DNA of 63,795 nt, counting the filler, from Octopus bimaculoides (Eukaryota), in assembly GCF_001194135.2 (NCBI RefSeq). It is 4 parts of 3 records of this genome, joined end to end, with 100 filler letters (N's around TTAATTAATTAA, not from the genome) between each part and the next. Parts side by side here need not be neighbours in the genome. Positions count along the whole stretch, not along the records: positions 25,788 to 56,527 come from NC_068984.1; 3 more parts are not named here. One strand, 5' to 3'. The translations under genes and the position numbers were made by a program. The notes beneath the pieces are model-generated. The model had not been told where the DNA came from and did not search any database. It worked only from the letters and a program-made list of their open reading frames with translations. Of the stretch, positions 35,651 to 49,560 are shown one piece after another; within the stretch, counting starts at the first letter, position 1; every line of letters starts with the position of its first letter.

Positions 35651-38600
35651 TTAGGCAGTGGAACTCTTGACTCTGATCCGAATACTTTGGAAAAATTAAG
35701 GTGCTGCTTTTGAATATTTTTTAAATACATTATTATGTAACTTTCTTCGTCTGAAGCATCAACAAGAAGTGCTAACCGCCTAGGTGATAGTTATGTACAT
35801 GCCCTTAGGAGAAAAAAAAACTGCAGAAGAAAATTTTTTTTAAAAGATGAAAAAAACAACAACATTGAACATAGGCAAACAGGCGTTAACTATTAATGAT
35901 AAAACAATGCCACTTATAAGGTTAATAGCAGTGACGACAGCCTTCCCAGTATTCCTTGTTGTATTACGTAACGTCACGGCTTTTTACCATTTCATGGCCG
36001 ATAAAATAGTAGCAATCAACGATAGGTCGATGTGATTAACTATGTCAGAGCGTACAATTTGTGACTTTGGTCTCCGTAAGAAATCACTAACACTGTAGCC
36101 ATCATCATCATCATCAGTTTCTCGAGTTGACGACACGAACTGATATTTGTTCAGCTCCATGACATCACCGATCACGGAAACTTATATTCAAGGACGTTCC
36201 AGCAGAAACAGTTTCAAGACATCAGGCATTTGAGGGAGTTTGGCTACTAGTTTTCAAAAGAACAAGCGACCGCGTAAAGCTTATCTCGTCGACTCTTCCC
36301 CACTGACAGCTGTTAATAATAGCATCAAATAAGCTAATTAAAACACTGAATCATTGTGATAAGAACTAAATAAGTAAAGTCCTTATCTACTGTTTCCATA
36401 GCTTTCAGCTGATGAGCGGTAATTACCCAGCTGGTTAGGATGCTAGTTAAGCACAAACACTGTTCGAGCTGGAAATTCTGAACTCATTAATGGAAGCCAA
36501 CAAAATATTCTTCAGTTTCACACTGCTATCTTAACTTACGGCAGTGGATCATACGCACTCTGCCATTGAATTATATCACCCCCATCCAAGGTGCCTATTT
36601 AAAGCTAATTCGAGAGAGTCTACCGAATCACTCAAGCTGCAAGAAATGGTAGCCAAATTTCCCACAAACCACTCCCTACAGTCTTAACTGAGGGAAGGCC
36701 ATATTAGATAATGTAGTCCTATGTACTTCTACAAAGATGGGATGGCTACGGATGGACTGCCATTAATTATTGTTATGCTTGATTAGGGTTGTTCAAGGAC
36801 TAAACAGCTTAAAGCTTCGTAGAATTGGTCTGGATTTCTATCAATAAAACGCAGTGTCGGTGACGAAATACGAACCTCAGACCTTTTCTTTTTCTTTATA
36901 TGCACTTTCAACCACTCTGTCTATTACATGGTATTAAAAAGTGCGCAACGAGAGAAAACGAAACTAGAAATATATGACGAAAGTATCTTCTGTAGGACTG
37001 AAGTCATTTAAATATATCGAGAATGTCGGTAAGAAATGGATTAAGTAAGAAATGCACGAAGTAAGAAAAGAAAAAAAAAGAAGAAAGATTTATGAAATCC
37101 ATATGAAATATTCAACTGAACAAGGATTATTCGAGGAGAAAGAAAAAAAAACGAAATTTAAAGAAACTGAAATCGTTAACCTGCAAGTATCTTTCAATGT
37201 ATATAAAATGTTTGGTTCAATTCAGAGAATCAGATTTAACTAATAATGAGTGTAAACATTGATAACATAAATAACGGGAATATTTTCATTATCATACAGA
37301 TTAATTGCCATGCTTTGCTTTGGCGGTGGGGGTCCTAAACTTCTGATAAAGTAGTGATGCTTTGTGATATGCAGTGTGTCCTGGGGATTTTTAAACCCGG
37401 GGGAACCCATTCCACTCCAAGTCAGACAGTAGCCGATTTCTAACACACTTTCAGACACACACACAAAAACTAAGAGAGAGTGGGAGGGAAAAAGATTGAT
37501 ACTTTATTTATCGACCCCTGAAAAAAATGAAATGCAAAGTTGACTTTGATGGTATTTGAAGTCAATGCAAGGAAATCAGTTTGATTCTCTAATGGCTCAG
37601 CTAAAATTCACCTTCTAGAAGAAGCCTTATAAAAGCTTTTACAGGGCAGCTAAGAAGAAGAATATTAAGAAAGTGATGCCAGCAATGAACAAGGAAACGA
37701 AAGTAAACGTATGATGCTACGGCAATGGTAATGTTAATCCAGTCTTCATAGAATAGAAGAATAACAGAAAATACAACATACTCACTTTGGTGATGGAAGA
37801 GATTAGATGGGACGGAATATGGTAGGAATTAAACAACCAAGAAAATTAACATATAACTGTCATCACTACAGTATTTATTTATATGGATTGCAGTAATATA
37901 ATGGCGGTATATTCATGGCTATCTATACACTACCTTTTTCAAACTTTTCATCTTTTGCCCCTCAGTAAAGTTACCTACCGTATTTATTCGTGTATAATGC
38001 AAGAAATTTCATAGAAAACCAGTATCAAAATTGGGGAGTAGCATTATAGTTGAGTGGACATAGAGAGAAAGAAGCTAGAATAGATTATATTGCTAATTTC
38101 TAGATAAAAAAAAAATAAGCGTGTGTTACATTATATTCGATTCGGTATTGTACTTGAGTAAATGCGGTTATATATTTTGAACAGAATGTTGTCGTAAATC
38201 TTTTATGACATTCCAGTGAATACTGTGAATGTTTTCTCCTCTTGTGTATAGATTATTATAAAGTAAGATAAAGAAGACAGAACACCGACATTTTTTTTAT
38301 TTTTAACTCAGAGCTGGTCGTATTGAAATTATTAGTTATATGATCTATACGATAGACTAAATGTCTTGGTGGCTAAGAGCTGCTTCAGGCTGAAGAAGAA
38401 TGAAAATGTCGTTTTTCTCTTTCTACATTTCATTATTCTAGTAATTCTTGTTTTTCTTTATACATAAAGAGAGCGTAGCCAGCTAGTATAGAGTTCTTTG
38501 TTGCTGTTTCTTTTTAGTATTATATATTTTTACTACTTGGTGGCTATAGTGATAAAAAGTGATAGGTTGTTTCAATGAAATAATCATCACTTGCTAAAGA

Positions 38601-39289
38601 CTGGAGTGAATGAAGAGAAAACGACAGCCTTCGGGTAAGTTTCACAAAAAGTGGGTTCCTAAGAAGAAGAAATGATATAGGTGAATGAACCGAGTCTACA
38701 GCTTCATCTAAATTGCATACCTTACAATTTGTATCATACATCTTAGAAATTGTTATAGCTTTTTCATAAAATCGTTTTAGTTTCTTTGCTCTTGGCATAA
38801 TTATGGTGCTAGTTGAAAGTTCGATCCTACTGCGTAACACCTCACGCAAGTGTCTTCTGTAGCTTTCACTCAGGTTTGACCAATTCATTGGAAGTATTAT
38901 TCGATAACAAAATTTGTAAGAAAGCTCATAGTTTATGTGTGTGTGGGCGTGCACAGGTGTGTGTGCGTGTTTATTATACACTGGTAGAAAACAGTGCGTC
39001 AAGTTGTGCTCTTTTTTTTTTTATCGAGAGTTAACTTAACTTCATGCTAAATAGAGATCAATAAAATAAGTATCATACTGAGATGAGTACTGCGTTGATA
39101 ACTTCAACTAAAAATAATTGAAGGTTTTCCTATTCATGTTTAAAACACGTCTCCCCTCCCTCTTCTCTCTGTATCTTCCTTCATTCACCATTACCAACAC
39201 CTCCATCAGCACAACCACTTACATAACAGCTTACTTCTAATTTTATTTGATTTAGTTCCCTTTGAATTACGCAAAGGTTGGAACGTACT

Positions 39290-39560
39290 AATGTATTAAT
39301 ATAAGCTGACTCTCCGTCAGTTACAACGATACGTGTTCCAGTTGATTCGATCAACGAAACAGCTTGCTCGTGATATTAACATGAATGTGACTGAACACTC
39401 CACAGACCTGCATCCATCTCCTTAATTTACTTCTCAAGGAGATTCAGCGTGACACAGAATGCTACAAGGCCGGCCCTTTGAAATACAGATATCACTCATT
39501 TTTACCAGCTAAGTGAACTTCAGAAACGTAAAATAAAGTACCTTGCTCAAGGACACAGCA
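39290..39560. mobile_element. CORE-like SINE remnant
   Basis: Contains aaataaagtaccttgctcaaggacacagc, resembling the CORE/MIR aagtg.cttgcccaagg.cac motif. Confidence 0.45.
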
Positions 39561-39763
39561 TGTATCGAATGTATTAATATATAATAAAAGAAAACACATC
39601 AAATTGGTTGTCGCTTGAGCGCTGATTAGATATGCCTTCTGAAATTTCTTCTGACTGCGTTCAAATTTCTCTCTCTCTCTCTCTCTCTCTCTNNNNNNNN
39701 NNNNNNNNNNNNNNNNNNNNNNNNNNNNNNNNNNNNNNNNNNNNNNNNNNNNNNNNNNNNNNN

Positions 39764-39789
<26 letters not shown>

Positions 39790-39800
<11 letters not shown>

Positions 39801-40750
39801 ACTGAGAAATGTGTGTCTGTCTGTGTAAATCCCTAAAACTCGAAAAGTACCCCACCGATTTCATTCAAATTTTACACATGCATTACTTAGGGTCCATGGA
39901 GTGTCATGGGCCAAAACAATTTTCAACTTCTTGCCTAATGCAAGCCCGAAACAATCTTTTAAACTGGTTCCGTATTACGTGTCTAAAGTGAATATTGTTT
40001 CACTTTTAATTCTAATGTCCAAGGTATATAAAAATCCACATTTACCGTTCAATTACCAGTTTATAATTAGCGCAGCAGTTGCAAGGTATTTACAGTTACA
40101 TATTAACCCTTAAATTAACATTTAATACATGTGCTTAACCCATTAGTGCCCATGGTCTTGTTTTTTTTTTTTTTGAGGATTAGAAGGATAATCCATCATA
40201 TTCCTGCAACACCTGTATTTTTCTGAGATATCTTTAATCAGTCATCAAGATTTTTTTATATATATTTAGTATCAGATAAAGTTGTATAAAAAAAAAAAAG
40301 AATTTTGGTAATAAATTAAAGAAAAAAATTTGGCACTAATGGGTTAATATATATATATTATCTATAATAATTATTGTGGCATTTACCGTTAAATTAGTTG
40401 TTCGTACATGTGCTTCTATTTGGTTAATATCTCTATATAAAATTCTTTTTCTTTCTGTCTGTCTGTTCCTAATGCATTCTCAAACGGCTCCACCAAAACA
40501 AATCAAACTTTACACGAGTGTTAACATGTATTTTTTTAAATTTCGACTAAAACAACATAACGTTTTATAGAGATAATCTTTCTATAGTCAAATATAGTAC
40601 AGGACATATTTCCATTAAAACAATATAACATTTTAAAGACATAATCTTTCCATAGTCAGCTATAATACAGGACATTTTATATGTGTATGTTCGTGTTTAG
40701 GCATTCGATACGTACGAGATAGTAAAGGACATTTTATACCACGACGACGA
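39790..40750 (+). mobile_element. Two Helitron-like non-autonomous 5' ends (39790-40115 and 40428-40750)
   Basis: (TC)TATATA(A) start followed by (TCTG)n and ccaccgatttc / ccaccaaaac..aaa.tttaca motifs. The 40040-40110 segment recurs at 41160-41230. Confidence 0.4.
40139..40343. mobile_element. piggyBac-type MITE
   Basis: TTAA | CCCATTAGTGCC ... GGCACTAATGGG | TTAA. Confidence 0.9.
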
Positions 40751-41927
40751 TGACATAACATTTTCTGATTGAGTGTATATGTGTCAGTGTGTGTGTGTAT
40801 GAGTGTGTATATGTCTGTGACATTTCCACGTTAGGCACGTTATTAAACATACACACACATCTACACATACATATATATATATTAGTGACGACTGACATAC
40901 GTGAATGTATGTCTGTACGTGTGTCTCTCTTACTATAGGTATGTAACTGTATGTGAGAGTGTGTGTATCGTCACAATTTGTATATAAATGTGTATGTGTC
41001 TTTGAGTGAGTGGCCGTTTGCGCGTTCGTCACTTACACACATACTTAAACATACACACATACATCCGCACATACATATACATATGTGACGAGAACGGCTG
41101 GATGCGAAACTCTTGACAAAAAACAATTAGGTGGCATGTCCAAGGTATATAAAATACACATCTACCATTACCAGTTCATAATTATCGCAGCAGTTGCTAG
41201 GTTGCAAGGTATTTATAATTTGCTTAATTTGTACTGCATATAAAAATACAGACATACTACTGCTTACAAAATAGAGATTAATGGCACCAAAGAAAAAAAC
41301 GTAATCTCTCCAGAAACACCTATCAAGTAAGGAGGATTGCAGAAAACCGAAAGTGAGAGTCTCAAGAGGCAAGAGACATGAGACTTTCTCAAGATCTGTA
41401 AAGGCATGCTGCAGTACATCAGATGGAGTCTCAAGACAGAAGAGAGATGCGACTGATCTCAAGATCAGCAAAGGCAAGATGAGGACAGCATTCCGATTGA
41501 TATATAATATAAAAATTCCTCATCTCAGAAACACAGAATTTTGACATATTATTATTGTGTAGATTCTATACTGTAGAAAGTAAAAGGGATGAGTTTGTTT
41601 TGCTCTTTTTAATTAACCATACTCCAACACACACACACTCACAAAGGCAAATAAACTAACACTCGATTTCATTTGTTTCTTGGTGACAATGGTGATGACC
41701 CACCTATAACGATGATTCGCTATGCAGATGACATTGACGATATTATGACGGTAATAGTAAATAATGATGAAGGTGGTGATGATAGCTGATGAGGTGGAGG
41801 AGGAGGACAGCGACAGACGGGTGATGATATGTCTCTCTTTGCCTAAACTTCTTCAATCCACGAGAAATCACTTACTTTATTTAAACATCAAGATTAATGG
41901 CAGCAGTTTATTGGAACTTACGGCAGA

Positions 41928-41995
<68 letters not shown>

Positions 41996-43093
41996 AGAGA
42001 GAGAAGTACATTTAAATTTATATACATTTAAATGTACTTCCAAACTATTAACTCTCAAAAGAAGCCTAAAACGCGAAATACACTCATATATATATATATC
42101 TATTACATGCACACGATCAATAGAATATAATACGTTTTTAACTTGCCTCGCTTTAAAATATTCTTCACAACAATACACACACACACGCACACACATACAC
42201 AGGCATTATATGAAGAAGCACACACACACATGTATATACAAACGTATTTATCCATGTATATGCATAGATATAATAATCATTTTTATCTTCTTTTTTATTT
42301 TAAGCACAAGATGTTTTCTTTTAAAGGTAGTTTTCTGTCGCAAAGAAGATATTTTCCATCTATTCAGTGAAAATGCATTAGAAATAGATAAATATTATGT
42401 AATACGGTCGTTTTACAGTATTTGTCGTTTCTTAACACAAGATCCCTACCCAAGAAATCTCTTTTTTAACCATCTTATTTTTAATATCACATGCACATAT
42501 GTAGATAGATACATAGATACGTATATGCACACATACACTCTCACTGACATGCCTATCTATGTATACATGTAATGTATGTATCTGTTTTTCTCAATAAATT
42601 ACTTCTCAATAGCAACACATTTATTTATTCACGCACGCGCGCTTGCACAAATAAACAGTTTGAGTTTCAAATGCGAAATGTATCCTTAGATCTCAGTAAC
42701 CATATCACTGGAGGAACGTGAATAATATCGGACCAGGCGCTCGCGTGTGTGTGTGAGTGAGAGAGAGTGTNNNNNNNNNNNNNNNNNNNNNNNNNNNNNN
42801 NNNNNNNNNNNNNNNNNNNNNNNNNNNNNNNNNNNNNNNNNNNNNNNNNNNNNNNNNNNNNNNNNNNNNNNNNNNNNNNNNNNNNNNNNNNNNNNNNNNN
42901 NNNNNNNNNNNNNCAAGCAGTGTTTAGGCATAACCGAGCTTTAGGTTAGTTAAAATATGTTTCTGACATTGCCTTTAGAATTTGAAATATGTCACTAATA
43001 TGTTTTAACTAACTTAATGTTCATAAAATATATATCGTTCGAAGAAATATATAGATCCGGGGGAGAAGCACACTCTAAAGTGTAGAGCAGTTA

Positions 43094-43236
43094 ATATCAT
43101 AGTGGGATAGGCCGGTTTATGGGGTAACCCTGGATTTCTCGCTCATAAGGGGTTTAGCCTTATGGGGTATCTTCAGACCCCAAACACTGCTCTATTTGGG
43201 GTTACCCCCATAAACCGGACTATCACAATATGATAT
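43094..43236. mobile_element. Short foldback MITE (~37-bp TIRs)
   Basis: atatcatagtgggataggccggtttatggggtaaccc / ggggttacccccataaaccggactatcacaatatgatat. A related end (aggccggtttatggg) occurs near 56900. Confidence 0.8.
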
Positions 43237-43351
43237 ATATATTCATATATTAATTATAATAATAAAGGGAAAAATGAATAATTTTACCATTGCAGAAATA
43301 AAAACCTTATAGTTAAATTCTACAAAATCTTTTATGTATTATGTATATAAT

Positions 43352-43531
43352 TATAACAAGGAATCGGTTTTATGCCTCACCACGCACCGCAAGAAATAGA
43401 CGCTAAAATCCTTTTTACCACCTTAAATACAATATAGCGTGTTATTCTCAGAGATTTTACGGTGGTAAAAAGGACTTTAGCGTCTATTTCTTGCAGTGCG
43501 TGGTGGGGCATAAAGCTGATCCCTAGTTATA
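43352..43531. mobile_element. Foldback element with ~75-bp arms and ~28-bp spacer
   Basis: tataacaaggaatcggttttatgcctcaccacgcaccgcaagaaatagacgctaaaatcctttttaccacc and its near-perfect reverse complement. Confidence 0.85.
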
Positions 43532-44115
43532 AATATGTATATGATTATAAAATTATATATATATATATATNNNNNNNNNNNNNNNNNNNNNNNNNNNNNN
43601 NNNNNNNNNNNNNNNNNNNNNNNNNNNNNNNNNNNNNNNNNNNNNNNNNNNNNNNNNNNNNNNNNNNNNNNNNNNNNNNNNNNNNNNNNNNNNNNNNNNN
43701 NNNNNNNNNNNNNNNNNNNNNNNNNNNNNNNNNNNNNNNNNNNNNNNNNNNNNNNNNNNNNNNNNNNNNNNNNNNNNNNNNNNNNNNNNNNNNNNNNNNN
43801 NNNNNNNNNNNNNNNNNNNNNNNNNNNNNNNNNNNNNNNNNNNNNNNNNNNNNNNNNNNNNNNNNNNNNNNNNNNNNNNNNNNNNNNNNNNNNNNNNNNN
43901 NNNNNNNNNNNNNNNNNNNNNNNNNNNNNNNNNNNNNNNNNNNNNNNNNNNNNNNNNNNNNNNNNNNNNNNNNNNNNNNNNNNNNNNNNNNNNNNNNNNN
44001 NNNNNNNNNNNNNNNNNNNNNNNNNNNNNNNNNNNNNNNNNNNNNNNNNNNNNNNNNNNNNNNNNNNNNNNNNNNNNNNNNNNNNNNNNNNNNNNNNNNN
44101 NNNNNNNNNNNNNNN

Positions 44116-44235
44116 TAAGAGATACTAAAGTTATCAAGAACTTGACTGTCAGATAAACACATTTGAAATCTGATGAGTACTCTATGTATGAAAGTGCTAA
44201 TTTTGTTAAAATACCATAATAAAAACGTGAAAACC
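44116..44235 (+). mobile_element. Second copy of the same PLE 3' end with a degraded hammerhead core
   Basis: tactaaagtt.tcaa.aa.t.gactgtcag.taaacacatttgaaatCTGATGAgtac.ctatgtatGAAAg matches 9085-9160. The cleavage-side arm has decayed. Confidence 0.7.
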
Positions 44236-44261
44236 AGACTATGTTTTAACTTTATTCAACT

Positions 44262-44292
<31 letters not shown>

Positions 44293-44654
44293 TTAAATTT
44301 AATCAAAGGTTTTAAACTATGATTATTTTTTTTAGTATGATGTATTCTGGACAACATTATTCAAGATACCAAATCCCTTCCAGGTTTGAGTCAGTGGAAT
44401 GTGATTTGATGAACAACTAGCTGCCTTTCTTAGCATTTCAAGTAACTGTATAGCAGCTCTCTTGTAGGTGTATGTGTGGCTGTTCAGCTCTCCATGGTGT
44501 TTCTTACCACTTGTTAGTTCTCCACCATTTAGTGTGTTTGAAACAGTTTATCCTTTCATTTCTATATAAATATATATATATGGGGGAAGCGTGTCTATGT
44601 GCTTTCCTCCCCACACCACTTGACAACCGGTGTTAGTTTCTTTACATCCTGTCA

Positions 44655-45200
44655 CTTTACCATTTAGCAAAAGAAACTGATAATAGGAGTACTAGACCGA
44701 AAAAAGTACAGAAGTACAGGGTTAGAGTGATCCAAGTAAACCCTTCAGGTTGGTGCTCTAGTATGGCCACAGTCCAATGACTGAAACACAAAAGAATTAA
44801 AGGCAGAGTCATGGATGTGTGGTTCAGAAACTCGCTTTGCAAACACAGGGTTCTGGGTTCAATCCCACTGTTTAGCACTTTGGTCAAATGTCTTGTACCA
44901 TAGCTCCAGGATGATCAAGGCCTTGCAAGTGAATTAAATAGATGGAAACTGTGTGGAAGCTCATCTTATATGTGCGAGTGTGTGTATGTGTCTCTGAATC
45001 TGTCCTCCCAATGGCTTATCGGTTTGTTTGTGTCCCAGTAGCGTAAAGGTTGAGCAAAATAACCAATAGAATAAATACTAGAGTTGTAAAAGTATTTTAA
45101 AAAGTACGGTAGGGATGGAGGCATTTTGTTACCCTAAACCCTACAAGGCAAGTACTTCAGTCTGACCAGAGTCTAATGACTGAAACAAAAAGGTAAAACA
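44655..45200 (+). mobile_element. Two degraded SINE family B pieces in tandem
   Basis: Tail (ccagtatggccacagtccaatgactgaaac) followed by a new head (gggttctgggttcaatcccact). Confidence 0.65.
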
Positions 45201-45211
45201 ATAAAAGGTGA

Positions 45212-45243
<32 letters not shown>

Positions 45244-45441
45244 GCTATTATTATTGCAGCGAGCAGGTAGAATTGTTAGCATTTTGTCCATCTTTACATT
45301 CTAAGTTCAAATTTCACCAATGTCGACTTTGCCTTTCATCCTTTCAGGGCTGATAAATTAAGTACCAGTTATGTACTGGAGTCAATGTAATCAACTTACC
45401 CCTCCCTGTAAATTTCATGCCTTGTAACTATAGTAGAAACG

Positions 45442-45481
<40 letters not shown>

Positions 45482-46703
45482 GTGATGTTACTAATTTTCA
45501 TTTTTAGAATTAACATCCTTATTTAAATAGAACAATTAGATATATATTTTTAGCCATAATTGTGAGCTGAGAATTTTCACACATTCTTTTTTCCTTCTTA
45601 TTTTTTTATATTTTTTTATGCCTAAATCTAATGTTTTAAAATAGTTACAAGTTTTTTTTTTATATTTTTGCTTTAATTTTTTTAATATTTAAAATGCTAT
45701 TTTTGCTTTTAATTTTACTTGACCCACAAAGAACTTTGATCAAATAATACACAATCAAATGAGAATAAATCAGAATAAAAATGTTAATGAAGATAGCTTT
45801 TGCAGCTTGGTTGAATTCCTTGATAAATATTTTAAGAACAAATTTGTGTAGTTTAATTTTATTTTATTTAATTTCTTTATATATATAATTATAAAATACT
45901 TAGTAAAATATGACAAATGTCTGCACAGTAATTCTGATATAAAAAAAAAGAGTAAAAAATAAAAATATTTCTTTGTTTCTGATTTATTTTTTATAAAATT
46001 ATTTCAGTTTTCCATGTCCCTCTTGATTGTTATCTATTGTATGGTAAGCTGAACATTAGAGATAGAGAGGGAGAGAGTAGAAAAGAATAGCATCTATAGT
46101 GTAACCTGTATTTTAGAATCAGTGTCTATATCCATTACGAACCCAGAGTATCAGTAACAAATACAAGATATATATTGGGCACTGTGATTCTATGGATATC
46201 CCTGGCTTAGATATAGCTGCTATCTCCAGCAGTCAGGTGTCTACTATTGACAGGGCCAGAGAGGGCCGAAATCATAAGATCTGGTGGTCTTAACAGTGGT
46301 GATGTCAATCATTTGTCTATTGATATTGATATAAACAAGAGTGCTTATATGCACCAGAAGACCGTACAAGAGGTTCTGCATGATAAATATCACAGTATCC
46401 TGTGTTCTAATACAACAAACACTTTTAAGTGGGTTAAATATTACCTTTTGGTATTAATACTGCTTCTGTCGTTACTGATTACTTTTGAAGACATATATAT
46501 CAGAATTAACATCCTTATCTAAAAACAGTTAGGTATATATTTTTAGCCATAATTCTTAGTTGAGATACATTTTATGAATATTTTTTATGCCTAAATATAA
46601 TATTCCAAAATACTTACTATTTCTTTTTTTACCTGACCCATATATATTATATTTAATAGGAAAATGAAACAAAAATTAGAAGACACAAAGAGTGAAAGAT
46701 AAA

Positions 46704-47350
46704 GAGTGGCTGTGTGGTAAGTAGCTTGTTTACCAACCACATGGTTCCGGGTTCAGTCCCACTGTGTGGCACCTTCATCAAGTGAATTCTACTATAGTCT
46801 CGGGCCGACCAAAGCCTTGTGAGTGGATTTGGTAGACGGAAACTGAAAGAAGCCCATCATATATATGTATATATATATATATATATATATNNNNNNNNNN
46901 NNNNNNNNNNNNNNNNNNNNNNNNNNNNNNNNNNNNNNNNNNNNNNNNNNNNNNNNNNNNNNNNNNNNNNNNNNNNNNNNNNNNNNNNNNNNNNNNNNNN
47001 NNNNNNNNNNNNNNNNNNNNNNNNNNNNNNNNNNNNNNNNNNNNNNNNNNNNNNNNNNNNNNNNNNNNNNNNNNNNNNNNNNNNNNNNNNNNNNNNNNNN
47101 NNNNNNNNNNNNNNNNNNNNNNNNNNNNNNNNNNNNNNNNNNNNNNNNNNNNNNNNNNNNNNNNNNNNNNNNNNNNNNNNNNNNNNNNNNNNNGTTTACA
47201 TGCCCGTAACTTAGCGGTTCGGCAAAAGAGACCGATAGAATAAGTACTAGGTTTCCAAAGAATAAGTCCTGGGGTCGATTTGCTCGAATAAAGGCGGTGC
47301 TCCAGCTTGGCCGCAGTCAAATGACTGAAACTAGTAAAAGAGTAAAGAGA
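46704..47350 (+). mobile_element. SINE family B, young copy whose internal microsatellite is an N gap
   Basis: Head and tail are close to the 23684 copy. Gap 46891-47193 starts in the internal (TA)n. Confidence 0.9.
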
Positions 47351-47711
47351 GAGTATGTGTGGGGGTGTGTGCATGTGCATGTGTGTGTGTGTGCGAAGGT
47401 GCATGACCTTGCAGTTAGGGTATTATACTCACGATCACAAAATTTTGGTCTCAGTTCTCAGACCAAGCTGTGTCATGTGTTCTTCAGCTAAACACTTCAG
47501 TTCATGTTGCTCTGTGACCACTCTGACATCTGACATGTGGCACTCTGTGCACCTGTACAGGTAATGTTGACTTGATGGAGGGAGTGACCTAATGTTTGGC
47601 ACAAACATTTTATCACTATAAGTGAGTTATTTGGGCATTTTGTTCAGTAAGAAATTGCGGAATGCTCATTTGTTATCTATGATAAAAGTTCACCAAATAT
47701 ATATATATCTT

Positions 47712-48090
47712 TGATCTTTTACCTGTTTCATTCATTAGACAGTGACCATGCTGGGGCACCACTTTGAATTCTTAGTCGAATGAATCGACCCCAGTACTTA
47801 TTTTTTAAGTATGGTACTTATTCTATTGATCTCTTTTGCCAAACCGCTAAGTAACAGGGACATAAACACATCAACAAGTGGTGATGGGGGGACAAACACA
47901 GACACACACACATAGATATATATACATATATATATATCAGTTTCCATCTACCAAATCCACTCACAAGGCTTTGGTTGGCTCTAGGCTATAGTAGAAGGCA
48001 CACACCCAAGGTGCCACACAGTGGGACTGGACCTAGAACCATGTGGTTGGGAAGCAAGTTTCTTACCATACAGTCACTCCTGTGCCTATA
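47712..48090 (-). mobile_element. SINE family B copy
   Basis: Homologous head, core and tail. Confidence 0.85.
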
Positions 48091-49067
48091 TATATGAAGG
48101 AAAAAAGAAGTCCAGAAACTTGCTAGTTTGACTGCTATGACCAGTTTAAATCTTGTCAAAAGCAACCTAAACTTGGTATTCTCCACAGGACTTCAAATAT
48201 ATTCAATGATTTCCCATTCATATTAGCATGCTGTTAATTTGTATTGGAGAAGTATAGTGAATTGACTTGACATCAGTACATTCCTGGTACTTATTTTATT
48301 AACTTCAAATCTTTTCAGTTTACATCAAAGTTTAAGAGGCATAACACAAACATATCACATATAGTAAACTTCTACCAGCCTTGGCCACTCTAATATGTTA
48401 TTTACATAATTGGAATAGGTAATAATGTCTGGTTTAACAATTTCTATATTGTACACTTCTGCTATATCTATAATTCTAATGATTCTGTCTGGCTAAAGAT
48501 GACAAACTGTTCAACCTAATGGTAATGATGAAGACATCAATTTAATAACTTGTTTACTAGAAACAAATGAGGTAAATATACACAAAATTTCATTAAATAA
48601 TTGCAAACTTGTATGAAATCTATTTAAATGATAGTAAAATGTATTTTTAAATAGTGAATAGAATACCAAAACAATTGAAATTATCTACACATATATTGAT
48701 AGCATACTTAGAATATACACTCTCCGGTTGAATACATTTATTAGAAATCAGCAAAACACAAATGGACCACAAATGGTCAAATTAAAAGTGATGTCAGTTA
48801 TCTTTTCTAAAAGCAATCTAAAATCAAGTAGCAATAAGGTATAAGTTGGCTGTATCTTTTGGTTGTCCTAATATTTTTTTTCAAATTAAATCTCTGTATT
48901 CATTTTCTCATGGTAAAAAACAAAATCAAGAACAAAAAAAAAACCAAAAACATGTCTATCTGAAAAATTAATACTATTTACAATTTATAACTAGTGTACT
49001 TATTGGTTTGAAATAATCACCCTGAATTACAAATTTAGGTTGCTTTTGACACACTAACCCTAACCCA

Positions 49068-49560
49068 ACCACATGGTTCTGGGTTCAGTCCTATTGTGTG
49101 GTACCTTGAGTAAATGCCTTCTACTATAGCCCAGAGCCAACCAAAGTCTTATGAGAAGATTTGGCAGTTGGAAACTGAAAGAAGCCTGTTGTGTGTTATC
49201 ATCACCATCGTCATCATTTAATGTCTGCTTTCCATGCTGGCATGGGTTGGACGGTTTGACTGAAACAGGTAAGCAGGAGGGCTGTACCAGGTTCTAATCT
49301 GATTTGGCATAGTTTGTATGGCTGGATGCCCTTCTTAACACCAACCACTGTGTGTGTGTGTGTGTATTTGTTGTATTTATTCTCTACCACCACTACTTGA
49401 CAGCAGGTATTGGTTTGTTTATGTTTCTGTATCTGAGTGGTTCAGAAAAGTACCAGACTTTAAAAAAATAAGTAGAGGAGTTAATTTGCTCACCTAAAAC
49501 CCCATCAAGGTGTTGCCCCAGCATGGCCACAACCCGATGACTGAAAACAAGTAAAAAGTT
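49068..49560 (+). mobile_element. SINE family B with a nested inverted RTE-associated tail fragment (49198-49348)
   Basis: SINE head/core, then catcatttaatgtctgctttccatgctggcatgggttgg...ggatgcccttc, then the SINE tail. Confidence 0.75.

Noticed and set aside
38544-39002. 152-aa minus ORF with an internal AAG|gtatgc donor, and an opposite-strand GG|gtaagt donor at about 38635
   Set aside because: No recognisable motif and no phase-compatible next exon identified. Could be a UTR exon but is unsupported.
46230-46428. Coding-looking block VRCLLLTGPERAEIIRSGGLNSGDVNHLSIDID... on +
   Set aside because: Mediocre splice sites, overlapping open frames on both strands, no recognisable family and no partner exon found.
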